From: Balamuthia mandrillaris
Lineage: Eukaryota
Direction: 5' to 3'
Assembly: GCA_031835245.2 (NCBI GenBank)
Contig: JAVKOQ020000031.1
Location: forward strand, 1 to 64,000
DNA length: 64,000 nt
The notes beneath the pieces were generated by a model. The model worked only from the letters and a program-made list of their open reading frames with translations, ran no database searches and was not told the origin of the DNA. This document shows positions 41,387-53,896 of the stretch, in pieces. Positions within the stretch are counted from its first letter, which is position 1. The number at the start of each line of letters is the position of its first letter. A program made the translations under genes and the position numbers.

Positions 41387-44015
41387 TTACATCAAAACGA
41401 GATTATCAAACGTTTCTTCAATAGTGCGTTTTACAGCGTCAAAATAGCTGCGAACTGTCTCTTCTTCATCTTCTTCCTTTATTTCTTCCTCCATCCTTTC
41501 AAGCAGAAGCAACAAATCTCTTGTCGCTTCTTTAGCGTGATCCCATGATGCCCCTGTTTCGCCTTCTTTCTCATCTTCCTGTTTCTTTTCTTCTGCTTCC
41601 ATCCCAAGCCATCTAGAAGCTCGTTTCCTGTATAGCAATATGGTCTCCAACATTCCAACTGTCTTGGCGATGGAAAAGGAAGAGCAAGAGGAAGGAAATA
41701 GCGTGTCCTGTTCGAAAAAAGGTTGCAAAAAGGCCTGAACCATGAAACAATGCAACTTTTGTCTCTCCAGCAAAGAATCGGCTCCCACCAGTTGGACTAT
41801 TTCATACAAGGCTAAACACGAAGGTAGTTTAGGTTGGAAAAAAGAACAAAGAAACAAAGAGCAAAAGAAACGGCACATAAGTAGAAAAAACCATACCTTC
41901 GTACTCATTTAAAGCTTTAATGACCTTTTGACGAAGCCGAAGCAACAGAGGAGGCATGCACGAATGAAACTTGCTGAAGCTGATGAGAGAGTTAATGGCA
42001 GGATATCGTCTTTGTTGAGCTAACTTTCGGTCCATCACCAACAACACGTTTGCACAACTTATTGCTTTGCTGGATAACGAGTGTCCCAAGTGACCTCCTT
42101 TTAAGAATAACAAATAAGAGAAGAGGGGAAAGGAAAGGAGAGAAGAATGGAGGAGTGCCTGGAGGAGATAATGAAGCAAACAAAGTGATGCTTCCGTGAA
42201 GAGAAGGATCGCTGCCCAGGCACTGCACATGGCCGATGCGTTGAAACAGAGCATCTATTTGTAGACTCGTATTCAAAGGAGAGGGGTGTTGATAACACAG
42301 ATCCGATGGGAGCATGTGAGAATAAAAGGCGTAAGCAGCATGATCCAAGTCGTCAATGCAAAGCCTGACGCAACGTCCCATGTCTCGAAAGAACTCTGCT
42401 AAAAGAACGCTCAATTGAGCGCAAAGAAAGTGTCTTCATAACATAGGAACGAGAGGTGAACACAAGAGAAAAATGAATAGGACCGAGCAGAAAGAGAGAA
42501 ACCTTGTTTGGATGATAGTGTCGCTGGTTTCTACTAGCACCGTCGTTTCATTCATGAGCGTTCTTCCTTTGACCAGCCCATGCACTTGTTGTAATAGTTC
42601 ATAAGGCAACAGGTCGAGATAGGAACTAACCTCGGTTCTTGTTCTCTGAGCAAGAAGAAATAACTCGAAAGCCTTTGCTCGTCCCACTGTCATATTTCTT
42701 CTTCGTTTCTCTCGTTTGTCCGGATGCAGAGTAAGGGTTGAAAGCTGGTTCCACAAACGACATGTTTCATTGCCACTTTGTCCACAGTTAGCAAAAATAG
42801 TTGTCGTTTCTGATGGCAAAGCATAAGCGGAAGCTGGAGCAGCAGCAGCAGCAGCAGCAGCAGAAGAAGAAGAAGAAGAAGAAGAAGAAGAAGAAGAAGA
42901 AGAACAAGAAGAAGAAGAAGAGAATTGAAGAGCAGCACGAAGAAGTTCAGTTTTGCCAGTGCCCCACGGACCAACGACGGCCACAATGGCCCCTTCCACG
43001 ATGGGCAGCAGTACATCTATCACCCTCCAACCTGTTTCCACGAATGGAACTGAAGCAGAAGATGAAGAAGAAGACGAAGAAGAAGAAGAAGAAGAAGAAG
43101 AAGAAGAAGAAGACGTGGAGTGAAAGTGACGTTTAGAATAAGGTCGAGGAGTTCTTAGGTTCCATTTGTGATACATTTTATGGCGAGTTACCCCCTAAGA
43201 ACGTAGATCAGCTGCAAACAAAAATGAAAAGAAAAAAAGAAAACCAACCAACCTTTTGTCCTGCCTGTCTGCCATCCTCGTCCACTTCTTCTGTCTCCAA
43301 CACCACTTTATTCACCGAATAAACCCCAAAGTCAGCAATCCATTTCACCCTCAACCTTTTGTCGCTGTGTTCCGGAGATATCATCAGTCTGAAAGGAGTT
43401 AACGAAGAGTTTTGCTCTGTAGATGAAGAAGAAGAAGAAGAACAAGAAGAAGAGACTTGAGCAAAAGTATCGCCTGCTCTGAGAATTTGGCCTTCTTTGG
43501 CTCTCGGTTGAAACCGCCAAGCTTGGTCTCTGTCCAAACGAAATGGTTTCCTTCTATTTCTTTTCGCAAAAGCCTCAGAAGGAGAAGAAGCTGCAGAAGG
43601 AGGAGAAGACCAAAGCTTGTCGTGAAGAGGTGAAAGCGGTTCAAGGAAGCTGTTGAATACCTTTCCAAGAAGGCCTGGTCCTGTTATGATTATTTGTTTC
43701 AGTTTTTGTTGCTTTCTTTTTGAAAGGTGGTTTCAAACCTAGTTCAACGCGAATGGGCTTGCCTGAAAGAACGACCTTGTCACCAGCAGCCAACCCTTGC
43801 AAAGGCTCATAACTCACTATCAAAAGCTCCCGGCAAGGAGAGCTGCTCGAGGAAGCCGGACGAACGTGCAGCACCTCGCCGATCAAGAAGCGCGGCCCGA
43901 GCCACACCATCTGATGAATCGGTGGTGAGGAAGCGGCGCCATCCAGCAGAGCGACCACCCAGACGCCCACCACCGTCCTCACCTTCGCCGAAGGCATTAC
44001 CTTCTCTTCCTTCAT
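41387..44015 (-). CDS. Highly divergent V-type ATPase subunit A paralogue, probably non-catalytic, multi-exon
   Basis: Collinear with V-ATPase A: YEPLQGLAAGDKVVLSGKPIRVELG|PGLLG, LDRDQAWRFQP, ETGWRVIDVLLP..GPWGTGKT, NCGQSGNE, LAEFFRDMG, GHVQCLGS..GSITLFASLSPPG, MDRKLAQQRRYPAINSLISFSKF, EIVQLVGADSL. The GT-AG introns I checked splice in frame. Confidence 0.88.
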
Positions 44016-44656
44016 TTCGAGTGGAAATTTCGAAAGCGATTCAATACGTCGACAAAAACATGCTTGTGACGTCATGAAATAACGGTTAGTTTTCCCGCCA
44101 TTTTTTTTAAAGGGGGGGAACTAATTTTTTTCTCCGAGTTTCATCGATCTTTCCAGCACCTCCTCATCGGTCATGCGATAAAGCAAGACACAAGCGGCCA
44201 TAAGTTTTGTCCTCTCCTATTCCATTTTTTTCCTTTGAAAAGTAATGAGATAAGGGGCAACCAAAAAACAACAACGGTGTAGCAGCAGCAGCAGCAGAGG
44301 AGTGTGGAAAGGCCTTGCACTTGCGCAAAACGAAAAATTAAAAAACAGGGCACTTGGTACAGCTGGCCCACACCGCTTGCTCGCTGCTGCTGCCACCACC
44401 AACAGCTCCCCCCTTTCTTTTTTTTCGGCGGTTCTCCTCCTCTCTCTGCGCGTAGCAGTAGAAGTAGTGGGGAGAGAGAAAAGTCATTGCAACAGCAGCG
44501 TAGTACAGGTAGGTTGGTGACCTGCCAGCCCTCCTCTTTGTTTGATTTGTTTTTTTGCTGCTTATACCAATCGAATCAAACAGCAAAACGAGTAGCGAGA
44601 GTTAGACAGGATTTGATTGATCCAATCACGACGTTTAGGCCACACAAAAAGTAAAA

Positions 44657-45430
44657 ATGGAACCGTGCACGGACGACGATCTTCTCCCCGCCACACAACA
44701 GGACGACCCGTGCGAGGAAGACAAAGACCGCCCCAACGGCAGTCACAGCAACGCCTGGGGCCGGTTGTTGGGCTGCGGCCCTCACCTGCAGCCGGTGGAG
44801 CTGGAGGGGCAAGAGATCCTGTTGGGCAGGAACGCTCAGTGCAGCTTCACCTACAGCGACCCGCGCATCAGCGGCCGTCACTGCCGCCTCTTTCGCTCGC
44901 ACACGAGTCCCACAGGGAAGCTCGTCTATTTGGGGGGTGGCGAAGGGGAGATCTCTGCCAGCCAGGAGGAGGCTTGCCCTGGCGGACATGTGTACATTGA
45001 AGATTTGAGGTAGGCCACTTTTACCATTGCTTCTCTTATGGTTGCTTTGCCTGACCCTTTGGTTCGCTTTAGCACGAACGGAACGTTTATTAATGGAAAG
45101 AAGTTAGGCCAAGGCAACTTGACGCTACTTCAGAATGGTGATAAGATAGATCTCATCCTCGAGCGCAGCAATTCGGGTATATTCATCTCTCTTTCTCGCT
45201 TTCTCTCCACCTCTCCATTTGCTTACTTTACCGCAACCTCGCTTTAGACTTGATTTCATACATGTTTCAAGATTTAAGTTTGCAACAACGGCCAGTTGAA
45301 GAAGCTGATCAGGTATGCCTATAGTTCTCTTTATTTTGTTCTTCTTTGCTCTAACTCGTGCCTTTATCTCTTTCTAGTCTGAGTTGTTCAATCATTACGA
45401 TGTGAGAAACGTACTTGGAAGGTACGTCTT

Positions 45431-45472
<42 letters not shown>

Positions 45473-47826
45473 CTCTCTCGCTCCCTCCATCAACTCACGA
45501 AAACAAATAAAACCAACAGAGGAAATTTTAGTGAAGTGTTTTTGGGAGTAAACAAACGAACTGGAGAACGAGTAGCCATCAAGCGGTTAGACAAAGCTCG
45601 CGTGCGTGGAATTAAAAATGGAACGCAACAATTGATGCGGGAAGTTGACATTTTGACGAAGGTTGAACACGAGAATATTGTTCAGGTTAAGGACATTTTC
45701 GATGGACAACGTTACTTTTACATTGTATTGGAATTGTACGCACTCTCTCTCTCACATTTTATTTGCTTTTCACTTTTCTCTTTCTCCCTTGTATCTTTGC
45801 TTCTCTTATTCACGTTGTCGAACTTAAGGGCAACGGGAGGTGAATTGTTTGAGCGGATAGCGGACCATGGAAGGCTGGAAGAAAGTGAGGCACGCAAAGT
45901 ATTTATTCAGTTGTTGGATGCTGTAGGATACTTACATTCCAAAGGCATCGTTCATCGTGATATCAAAGTAATAATCTCTCTTTTGTTATTGATTTTGGTT
46001 TGTCTTAACTTTAACTAACAAACGGAAAGCCTGAAAACATTTTGTTTGCGAATAATAGTAGACGATCTCCTCGAGTCAAGATAACAGGTGTGTTCCCCGT
46101 CCAAGGATTGTGTTGATATTATACTCACCTTTTGTTTTTTTGTTTGTGCTTTCTTCAATTCATAGATTTCGGATTAGCTCGGTTATTTGGAGAACAAGAG
46201 TTGATGAAGACTCTGTGTGGTACTCCTCATTATGTTGGTAAGTGTTGTAAACAGTTTTCTTCGTCTTTGTTGCTTTTTGTCCGTTCCGTTTTTGTTTTTG
46301 TTTTGTGTCTTTGTTTTTTACTTTATGAAGGAGATAATGATGTTTACAAATGCATGTATTACATGACCAAAAAACTATGATTACTTTATCTATGCTGATA
46401 CTCCTTTTTGTCCTGAGTTTTCTTTCATCTTTCTTTTTGTTCAACCTTCACTCAACTATTTCTTTTCATATTTAGCTCCAGAGATCGTGCTACAAACGAC
46501 AAGTGATACGTTAACGTCCAACACCAAGTACAAAGGTTATGGCAAAGAAGTGGACGTCTGGTCTTTGGGTGTAATTTTGTATTTAATGTAACTCTCTCAT
46601 CTTGTCTCTCTTTTGAAAATTTATCATTTAACTCTGTTGTTTGCATTTTAAGTCTTTCTGGAATGTTGCCATTTGACGACGACGAACAATGTGAGTTGAC
46701 TCTATTTGAGCAGATAATGGAAGGCATTTTTGGTTTTGAAGATCCGGTTTGGAACACCATCTCTTTTTCTGGTATCGTATCACTGAGTCTTCGTTTCTTT
46801 TTTACTTTCTATTTGTGATTAATAGGTGGTTTTTTTTGTGAAATAACAGCGAAGCATTTGATACAATCGTTGATGGCATTAAATCCAAAAGATAGGCTAA
46901 CAATCGAACAAGCCAAAGCGCATCCTTGGATCCAACAACAGCAACAAAAAGAAGCAGAGGATGAAAAACAATTGTCTTGGATGGAAGAACAAACGATGGA
47001 TGAGGAAGAGCGACAAGTTTTGGAAGAGGAGGAAGAAGAAGAAGCCCAGGCATTCCTTTTCTTTCCTCCGCTTTCACGGACAAGTGGCGATGCCAAAAAA
47101 GAAGAAAAGCGAGAAACGAGAAACGCAAAAGAAACGGAGAAAGAAGAAGAAGAAGGAAAGGAAAAAGAAAAAGAGGAAGTTGTGCTCATCGACATAACAA
47201 AGATGGACGAAGAGGAAAGAAAGAATCACACAACGACAAGGAAGACAAAAAAGAAGCAACAACGGGACTTGAGCGATATTCTCAAGTTACCGCCAAAAGA
47301 AAAGAAACCTAGCGAGCGGAGAAGAAGGAACAACACTTACTCTACTTCTGCCTCTTCTTCTACCTCCACTTTGTCTTCCTCTTCTTCCTCTTCCTCTTCG
47401 TCTGTACAAACGAAAAAACGGAAACTTTACGATCGTGATGCGAATATCGAATATATCAACATGAAACAAAAGGAAGAAGAAACCACCAAGAACGACGAGG
47501 ACAAGGAACAAAATGAAACCTATGGGCGAATGAACTTTATACTTCCAACCACAACAACAAACGATGAAAATCTCAGCATGAGCAACAGCAACAAAATTCG
47601 AAGAGTTTCGACACCAACAACAAAGGCAAAAGAAGAAACCAAAAAGGCGATAAGCTCTTCCGCTTCTGTTCGTCTTCTGCGCACCAAGAAAGAAGAGCAA
47701 AGCGAGACAAAAACGACAAAGAGAACAACGTCCAGTGCTGCCGTGCGGAGTTCCGGCGCGAGAGTGTCCGGCTTAAGAAGAAGCGCAAAGAAGCCCACCG
47801 CTTTGATGGTCGTTTCCTCCTCATGA
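44657..47826 (+). CDS. FHA-domain Ser/Thr kinase (Chk2/Cds1/Rad53-like), multi-exon
   Basis: FHA: LLGRNAQC..RISGRHCRL..IEDL|STNGTFING. Kinase: GNFSEV, VAIK, ATGGELFERI, HRDIK|PEN, DFGLAR, TLCGTPHYV|APE, DVWSLGV. Long low-complexity tail. Confidence 0.9.
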
Positions 47827-47869
47827 AAATACAATAACAACACACTCCAAAAACAAAAAGGTCTCCAAG

Positions 47870-48400
47870 ACAAGAGTGCGTGACCCTTGACTCACAACCA
47901 TTGGCTGACATAAGGTACTTCGCACCCGTTCTCGAGAACCCACCGCCACAGTTCACGGTTGAACCCCTTTGCGCTTCAATCGCGCAGTCCATCGGGTCCC
48001 AAGGGCAGCCGTTCGCTCGGGCCCACTTGAGCACTTCCAGTTGGCCGTAGATGATGGCCAGGAGGCAAGTGTTCTCGTTCCAAGGGCAGCCTTGTGCGCT
48101 AGCCCACAGTAGTACATCCATGTTGCCGTTGGCGGCGGCGTGACCGCAGGTCTCTTTGTTCCAAGGGCATCCGTTCTCTCTGGCCCACTTGAGCACTTCC
48201 AAGTGACCCCTCTGCCGCAGCGCTCTTGCATGAGTCCCCATTCCAAGGGCATCCGTTCTCTCTTGCCCACTGCAACACCTCCAAGTGGCCATTCCGTGGC
48301 AGGTCCTTGCGGCCAATCCCATGCCCCGTGGCAACAGTTCAAACACAAGGCACAGCAATTCCTCTGGCCAGCAAATGCTCCATCACAAGCCTAAGCCACC
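47870..48400 (-). pseudogene. Ankyrin-repeat (WARENGCPW-type) gene fragment with frameshift
   Basis: Repeats LEVLQWARENGCPW and GHLEVLKWARENGCPW lie in different frames, switching at a G-run near 48207-48210. There is no clear N-terminus. Confidence 0.65.
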
Positions 48401-48559
48401 TGTTTTAAATGGAGTTCAAAACAAACCGGAACAAACAGAGCGATGTGGTAACGTTTAATGGTAACAAGTTGTTTTTGCAGTTCGGTTTCTTTCTTCAAGG
48501 CGAATTTTTACGTCGACAAGGGTTCTTCGCTTCTATTCTGTCCTTCATTTCTTTTGCTT

Positions 48560-48683
48560 TGCTTTTCTTTTTCTTTTTCTTTTTCTTTTTCTTTTTCTTT
48601 TGCTTTGCTTTTCTTTTTCTTTTTCTTTTTCTTTTTCTTTTTCTTTTTCTTTTTCTTTTTCTTTTTCTTTTTCTTTTCTTTTT
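48560..48683. repeat. (CTTTTT)n hexanucleotide microsatellite
   Basis: Directly visible. Confidence 0.9.
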
Positions 48684-48742
48684 GAGACTACAAAAAAGCA
48701 CACAAATGCGCATTTTTTTTTTTTTGGGTTAGCTGCAGTTCT

Positions 48743-51200
48743 CTAGTTTTCCTCATCGCTGCTATCCAGAGGAATATCGGTGGAGGTCACAGAAGGGTTG
48801 CTGGCAACACCCACAGGAGAAGTTCTGGTCTTGCGTTGGTCGAAGAAGCTCTTTCTCTCCATCAGGTTCAGCACTCCTCTATACCAAAACTGAAAGTCTC
48901 CCCATCTTGTACCTAACAGCAACGTTGATATCGCTCCTATGGTTGTTTTTTTTCCAGTAATAAAAGTAAGAAAGAGCGAAGCAGAAGAACACTAAGAAGA
49001 AGAAGAAGAACAACAACAACAACAAGAAGAAGAAGAAGAACAAGAAGAAAGAATACAAGATGAAAGAATGGAACAACAAAGAAGAAATCAAATACCTCCA
49101 CTGGCAGCAGCCCAAAGTACCATGAGCAGCATGCCAAAGGACAATGGATTTTCTATCTCGCAGGGCGTGTCGTCATCAGGAGCTCTGCTAAGGATACATC
49201 CATAAAAGTCATAAGTGGCATCAGCCACAGCATCCGACTCGTACCACCGATGATAGAAGAAGCCCACACAAAAGGTGAAGACGACGGTTAAGCCTACGCC
49301 CATCGCCACTGTCCTCCATTGTCTTCTCAATCCTTCAAATTTTGTCCACTTGTTGTTTATTTTGTGTTTCATGTTTAGTTAGTGTTTGCTTTTAGCCCAG
49401 AGAAACAATATAGAAGGGAGAGAAAAGAAAAAGAAGCAACATGTTGAACACACCTTCCAAATCCAAAACACAACAACGAAAATGAAGCTGACTACCAGCA
49501 CTGCGATGAGGGTGATAGGCAAATAGAAAAGGGTCCATGCCCAATATAGAGTCGTTTCTGGGTCAGACACATCATCTGACTTTGGTTGCATAACAAAAGA
49601 AATGAGGACAACAGAAGCAACAAATGAAGGAACCTAAATGGATGAGAACACGGGAAAAGGAGCAAGGAAAGGACGTACAGTGGGCACACACCAAGGCAAA
49701 CCATCATAACCTAGTTTGTCCACCGAAATGAGAATGATCGGAGATAGAAGAGGAAGCAGCCATCCGCACACATGATAGATGATGGTTACTCTCCGGTCCA
49801 TTTCCGCTTTCTGAAGAATGATACAGAGCATCATGTTCAGCGTTGTGATGAAGAACCAAGCGCACACTGTCAACGCAAAATACGTGAAGAAGAATGCTAT
49901 GATCCAGGAAATAAGTTAAAATAAAGCGAGAAAAGAGAAGAAGAAGAAGAGGAAAAGGAAGAAGCAGAAGAAGAAGCAGGCGAATGATGAATGAAGAACG
50001 AGGGATGAAGTAGAAACAAAGGGAAAGCAAAACTAAGACCAACCCCAAGCCTTGCATTTGGTTTCGTTAGGAGTACTTCTATCATCGCAGCGAAGATTAT
50101 CCCATCCCACAAATATAGCCCAAAGTCCATTAAGGCTGAAAAGGAAGCCCGAGAAAACGACCCAAAATGCCTGTTTCAAAAGGACAAAAGCGTTAAAGGA
50201 CAGGAACAACAAGAAGAAAAACTTAGTACGCATTACGTTTTGGTATAGAGGACTTTTCTTCTTGACGATGCCTCTTCCAATTTGCGTGAGGAGGAAGAAC
50301 GTGGTAGCAACGAAGGAACACAACCAAAACGTTGTGGAGATTCCGTCTGCCGCGTCATACTGCTCGTCTGTCCACACCGGGTAGGGACATGGGAACACGC
50401 ACATCCCATCTTTTTCTGCTAATTCTGGTGGACATGGTGTTACCGGATACAAGTCCTTCTCTTGTTCTAAAGTTGGCAAACAAAGAAAATGAGGTACAGC
50501 GAATGTAGGAGAAAAAAGAACTATGGAAGAACCTGAAGTGAAGGCCATCGTGAAACAAGAAACCTCGGTTCCATTCGTGGAGGTGGTAACGTTCTCCGGA
50601 AAAGCATCACACGTGAACGGCAAAACGATATCCGAGGAAGAAGACAACAGCTCGCCGCAAGCAGCAAAAAAGTTGAGACAAAGCGAACGACACGGTCTTG
50701 AAGGTAAAACTAGCTGTTGGTCGTCATTTGTTGTAGTTGAAACACATTTCGTAAAGAAGAAAGCGCAGATGAAGGTGGCGCCTGCGTTTTGACAGTTGGT
50801 ATCGGCGATGGCGAGAAGACGAAGCCATTCACTTTTTTGTTTAAAGACACCGAGTTAACGAGAGAGAGAGAGAGAGAAGAGAAGATAAGAAGAAGAACGA
50901 AGACGAAGAAAAGAGAGAAAAACAAGAGAGTGAAGGAAAAACCTTGCAGAGTCGGAGAGAGCGGAAGAAATAGAGTCGTTGGAAGAGAGGAGTAAGTTAC
51001 ACGGGCTCGTTATATTGCCTTCAAGCTCGGAGACGCGAGAACAGTCCTGCGAAAGTCCATCTGACCCATAAAAAAAATAAGAAAAACAAAGTAAGGAAAA
51101 AGAAGGAAGAAAAAAACGTACACGAAGCAAAATACAGTAACACAAAAAGGGTGGACAGAGAACAATGGAGCCGGCACTTTGTCAACCGCAACGACACCAT
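48743..51200 (-). CDS. Frizzled/smoothened-like GPCR (Dictyostelium Fsl type), multi-exon
   Basis: Signal peptide, Cys-rich domain (CQNAGATFICAFFFTKC..PCRSLCLNFFAAC), CVFPCPYP, and 7 hydrophobic segments including YHVCGWLLPLL, GLPWC and LFYLPI. Confidence 0.85.
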
Positions 51201-51356
51201 TCTTTGACCTTGCCGTTTCTTCTTCAAGGTTCGTTGGGCCACTTAGTCGTTTGATCGTAATTATTCCGCTTCCTTGGGCTGTAATGATGCTATAATGAAT
51301 TAAAGCTAATTTATAAATATCGTCTTTTGCCTCGAAGATAACTGTAGGAAGGTCAG

Positions 51357-53726
51357 CTATTCTTCCTGCGATGACATTTCCGTTGCCTCTTCGTCCTGAG
51401 AGGTGGCCTCGGCAGCTCCGCTTAGTCCTCGCGTGGGACGGGAGGAAGAATAGGTCGACTTGGATGTGAGGCGAACGGTTCGTTGGTCAAAGAAGTTTCT
51501 TCGATGATAGAGATTTGACATTCCTCTCCACCAAAACCGAAAGTCTCCCAATCTCGTGCCTAACCATAATACGGCTACTGCTCCTGTTTCATTTGTCGGA
51601 CAAAGTTAAAAAGAAACGACAAGAACGAAAGACAGAGGACAAGAGATAACTAGGTGGCCGTTCGAAACGACAAGAAAGAAAAACATGACAATAAAATAAA
51701 GAAAAGATTTAAAACAAATATAGTACCAGCGGAAGAGGCAGATATCATGGTCAAAACCACAACTCCAAAGTTAAAAGGGTTTTGCATTTCACACAACGTA
51801 TCAGGAGCACCATCTCTGCTCAACACGCAGGTAAGATAGTCCAAAGCAGCGTCACCCAACGCTTCAGTTTCGTTCCATCGATGATAGAAGAAGCTCAAGC
51901 TGAAAGTGTAGGTGATGCAAAGGCCAATGCCCATCATTATCATTCGCCATTGTGCTCTCAGTCCTTCCCATTTACTCCACTGTTTTCAGTTTGTTACGAC
52001 GTTTTGGTTTTAATTATGAGAGGAGGAGCGCAAACCTTCCAAACCCAAAAGATGACAACAAAGTTGCAAACGATGGTGGCAAACGCCATTAATGTGATTG
52101 GTAAGAAAAACAGAAAAAAGGACCAGTAGAGAGTCGCTTCTGGATCGTTCGGATCATCTGACTTTATAGTAGTAAGAAAGAGAAGAAGGGGAATCAACAG
52201 AAGAAAAGCAAAGGAGGAGGAGAAGGAATGACGAGTAAGATGTTAGGTGTTGAAGAGAAAGCGCGTACCGTAGGTTGACACCAAGGAGAGTTGTCGTATC
52301 CAAGCTTATCAGCGGCAGCGAGAATGATGGGAAAGATGAGAGGCACAATCCAGCCACAGACGTGATAGATGATGGATGCGCGCGGATGAACTTCTGGCTT
52401 TTGAAGCACAACGCAGAGCGTCATGTTCAAAATGGTCAGAAACAACCAGAAGCAGCAGCTCAATGCAAAGTAGGTGAAGAAAAATGCTGACGAGGTTCTT
52501 TAGCATTGAAACAGAAGACAGAATAACAAAGACAAATGAAAGGAGAACCAAAACGATGAGAGAAGAAAGAATGATACCGTAAGTAGTGCAAGCTGGCTCG
52601 TTTACGCTAGATTCAGATTCGCATCGGACATTATCCCATCCCATGGCAATCGCCCAAAATGAGTTTAAACATAAAAGAAAACCTGAAAAGACCACCCAAA
52701 ATGCCTGTTTAACGGAGAGCGAAAACGATGAATATGTAGAAGCGAGGAAAGAAAGAAGTGCTCATGCAGAGAACGTAAACTAACATTTTGACCAAGTGGA
52801 CTCTTCTTCATGGCGATGGCACGCCCAGTGGAGGTGGCCAGAAAGAAAATAGTCGCTAGTAAAGAGATCAAAAAGAAGGTTGTCGAGATAGCGTCCAACG
52901 AATCATATTCGTCATCGCTGAATGCCGGGCTTGGGCAAGGCAACACGCAGATACCATCTTTTTCCACCAACTCTGGTGGACAGGGTAGTAACGGATAGAG
53001 ACTTTTCTCTTGTTCTAAACGAACAAATGTAAGGTTAGATAGTAAGTGGATAGGAGCTGTTGCTGAAAGATCTTCTTGGGAGTGAAGATTAAGAAAGAAG
53101 ATAGAAACGAAAACAAACCGGAAGTGAAAGCATGGTCGAGACAAGGCACCTCCACTCCATCAACTGTGGTCGCATTCTCAGGAAAAAAGTCACAGGGCGG
53201 AAGTGGAATGGCGGCACCATCCGCTTGCTCCAAATAAGATCCACAAGCTTCAAAGAAGGTGAGACAGAGAGAACGGCAAGCGCTGCGCTGTCGGTAATTG
53301 GAGGAATGATGGTTTTGGGAGTAGCATTGAGGCCAAAAGTTCGCACAAAGGAAAGCGGCCGCTGCGTTTTGGCAGTTGGTGTCAGCCATCAACACGAGCG
53401 TCAACATTTTCCTGAAAGGTGTTTCACGAAGAACACGCGCTGTTAATAAAGAAAACACGGGTTGATGTGAAAGCAAAAGAAGACAACAAAGAAGGCGAAG
53501 GCAGATGCAAAGCAAGAAACCTAGTTGTGTTCTTGTCACCCATTACAAGAAATGCGTCATCCGGGACAAGCAGATTGCATGGATGCTGTATCGCTTCTTC
53601 ACCAACTTCAGCCTTGCTCCGGCATGTCTGTTGTGCCCGGATGCCTGCAACAGAAAAAAACATAACACAGAAAAAGAGTAAAGAAGTAACGGTACCGCGT
53701 GCCGCCTTCATTCTCCCTTTGCTCAT
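51357..53726 (-). CDS. Frizzled/smoothened-like GPCR, tandem paralogue of 48743-51200
   Basis: Similar exon layout; CQNAAAAFLCANFWPQC..ACRSLCLTFFEAC, CPPELVEKDGICVLPCPSP, YHVCGWIVPLI, GDFRFWWR. Confidence 0.87.
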
Positions 53727-53896
53727 TTTTCTTTTGTCTTTGTAATACCTTCTTATATTGAATTAATTATTAAACTGGAATAAATATCTGTGTCTGAATA
53801 TGGAAAAAATCCGAACGAAAGACCTAAGGAAGAAAGAATTAACAAAAGATGAAAAGAACCGTTGGCAAATACGTCCATGTTTCGATGTTTACCTTT

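Noticed and set aside
42575..42720. Insertion in the V-ATPase A-like gene considered as a VMA1-type intein
   Set aside because: Far too short, lacks the Cys/Ser start, His-Asn end and LAGLIDADG motifs, and lies after rather than within the GCGER site.
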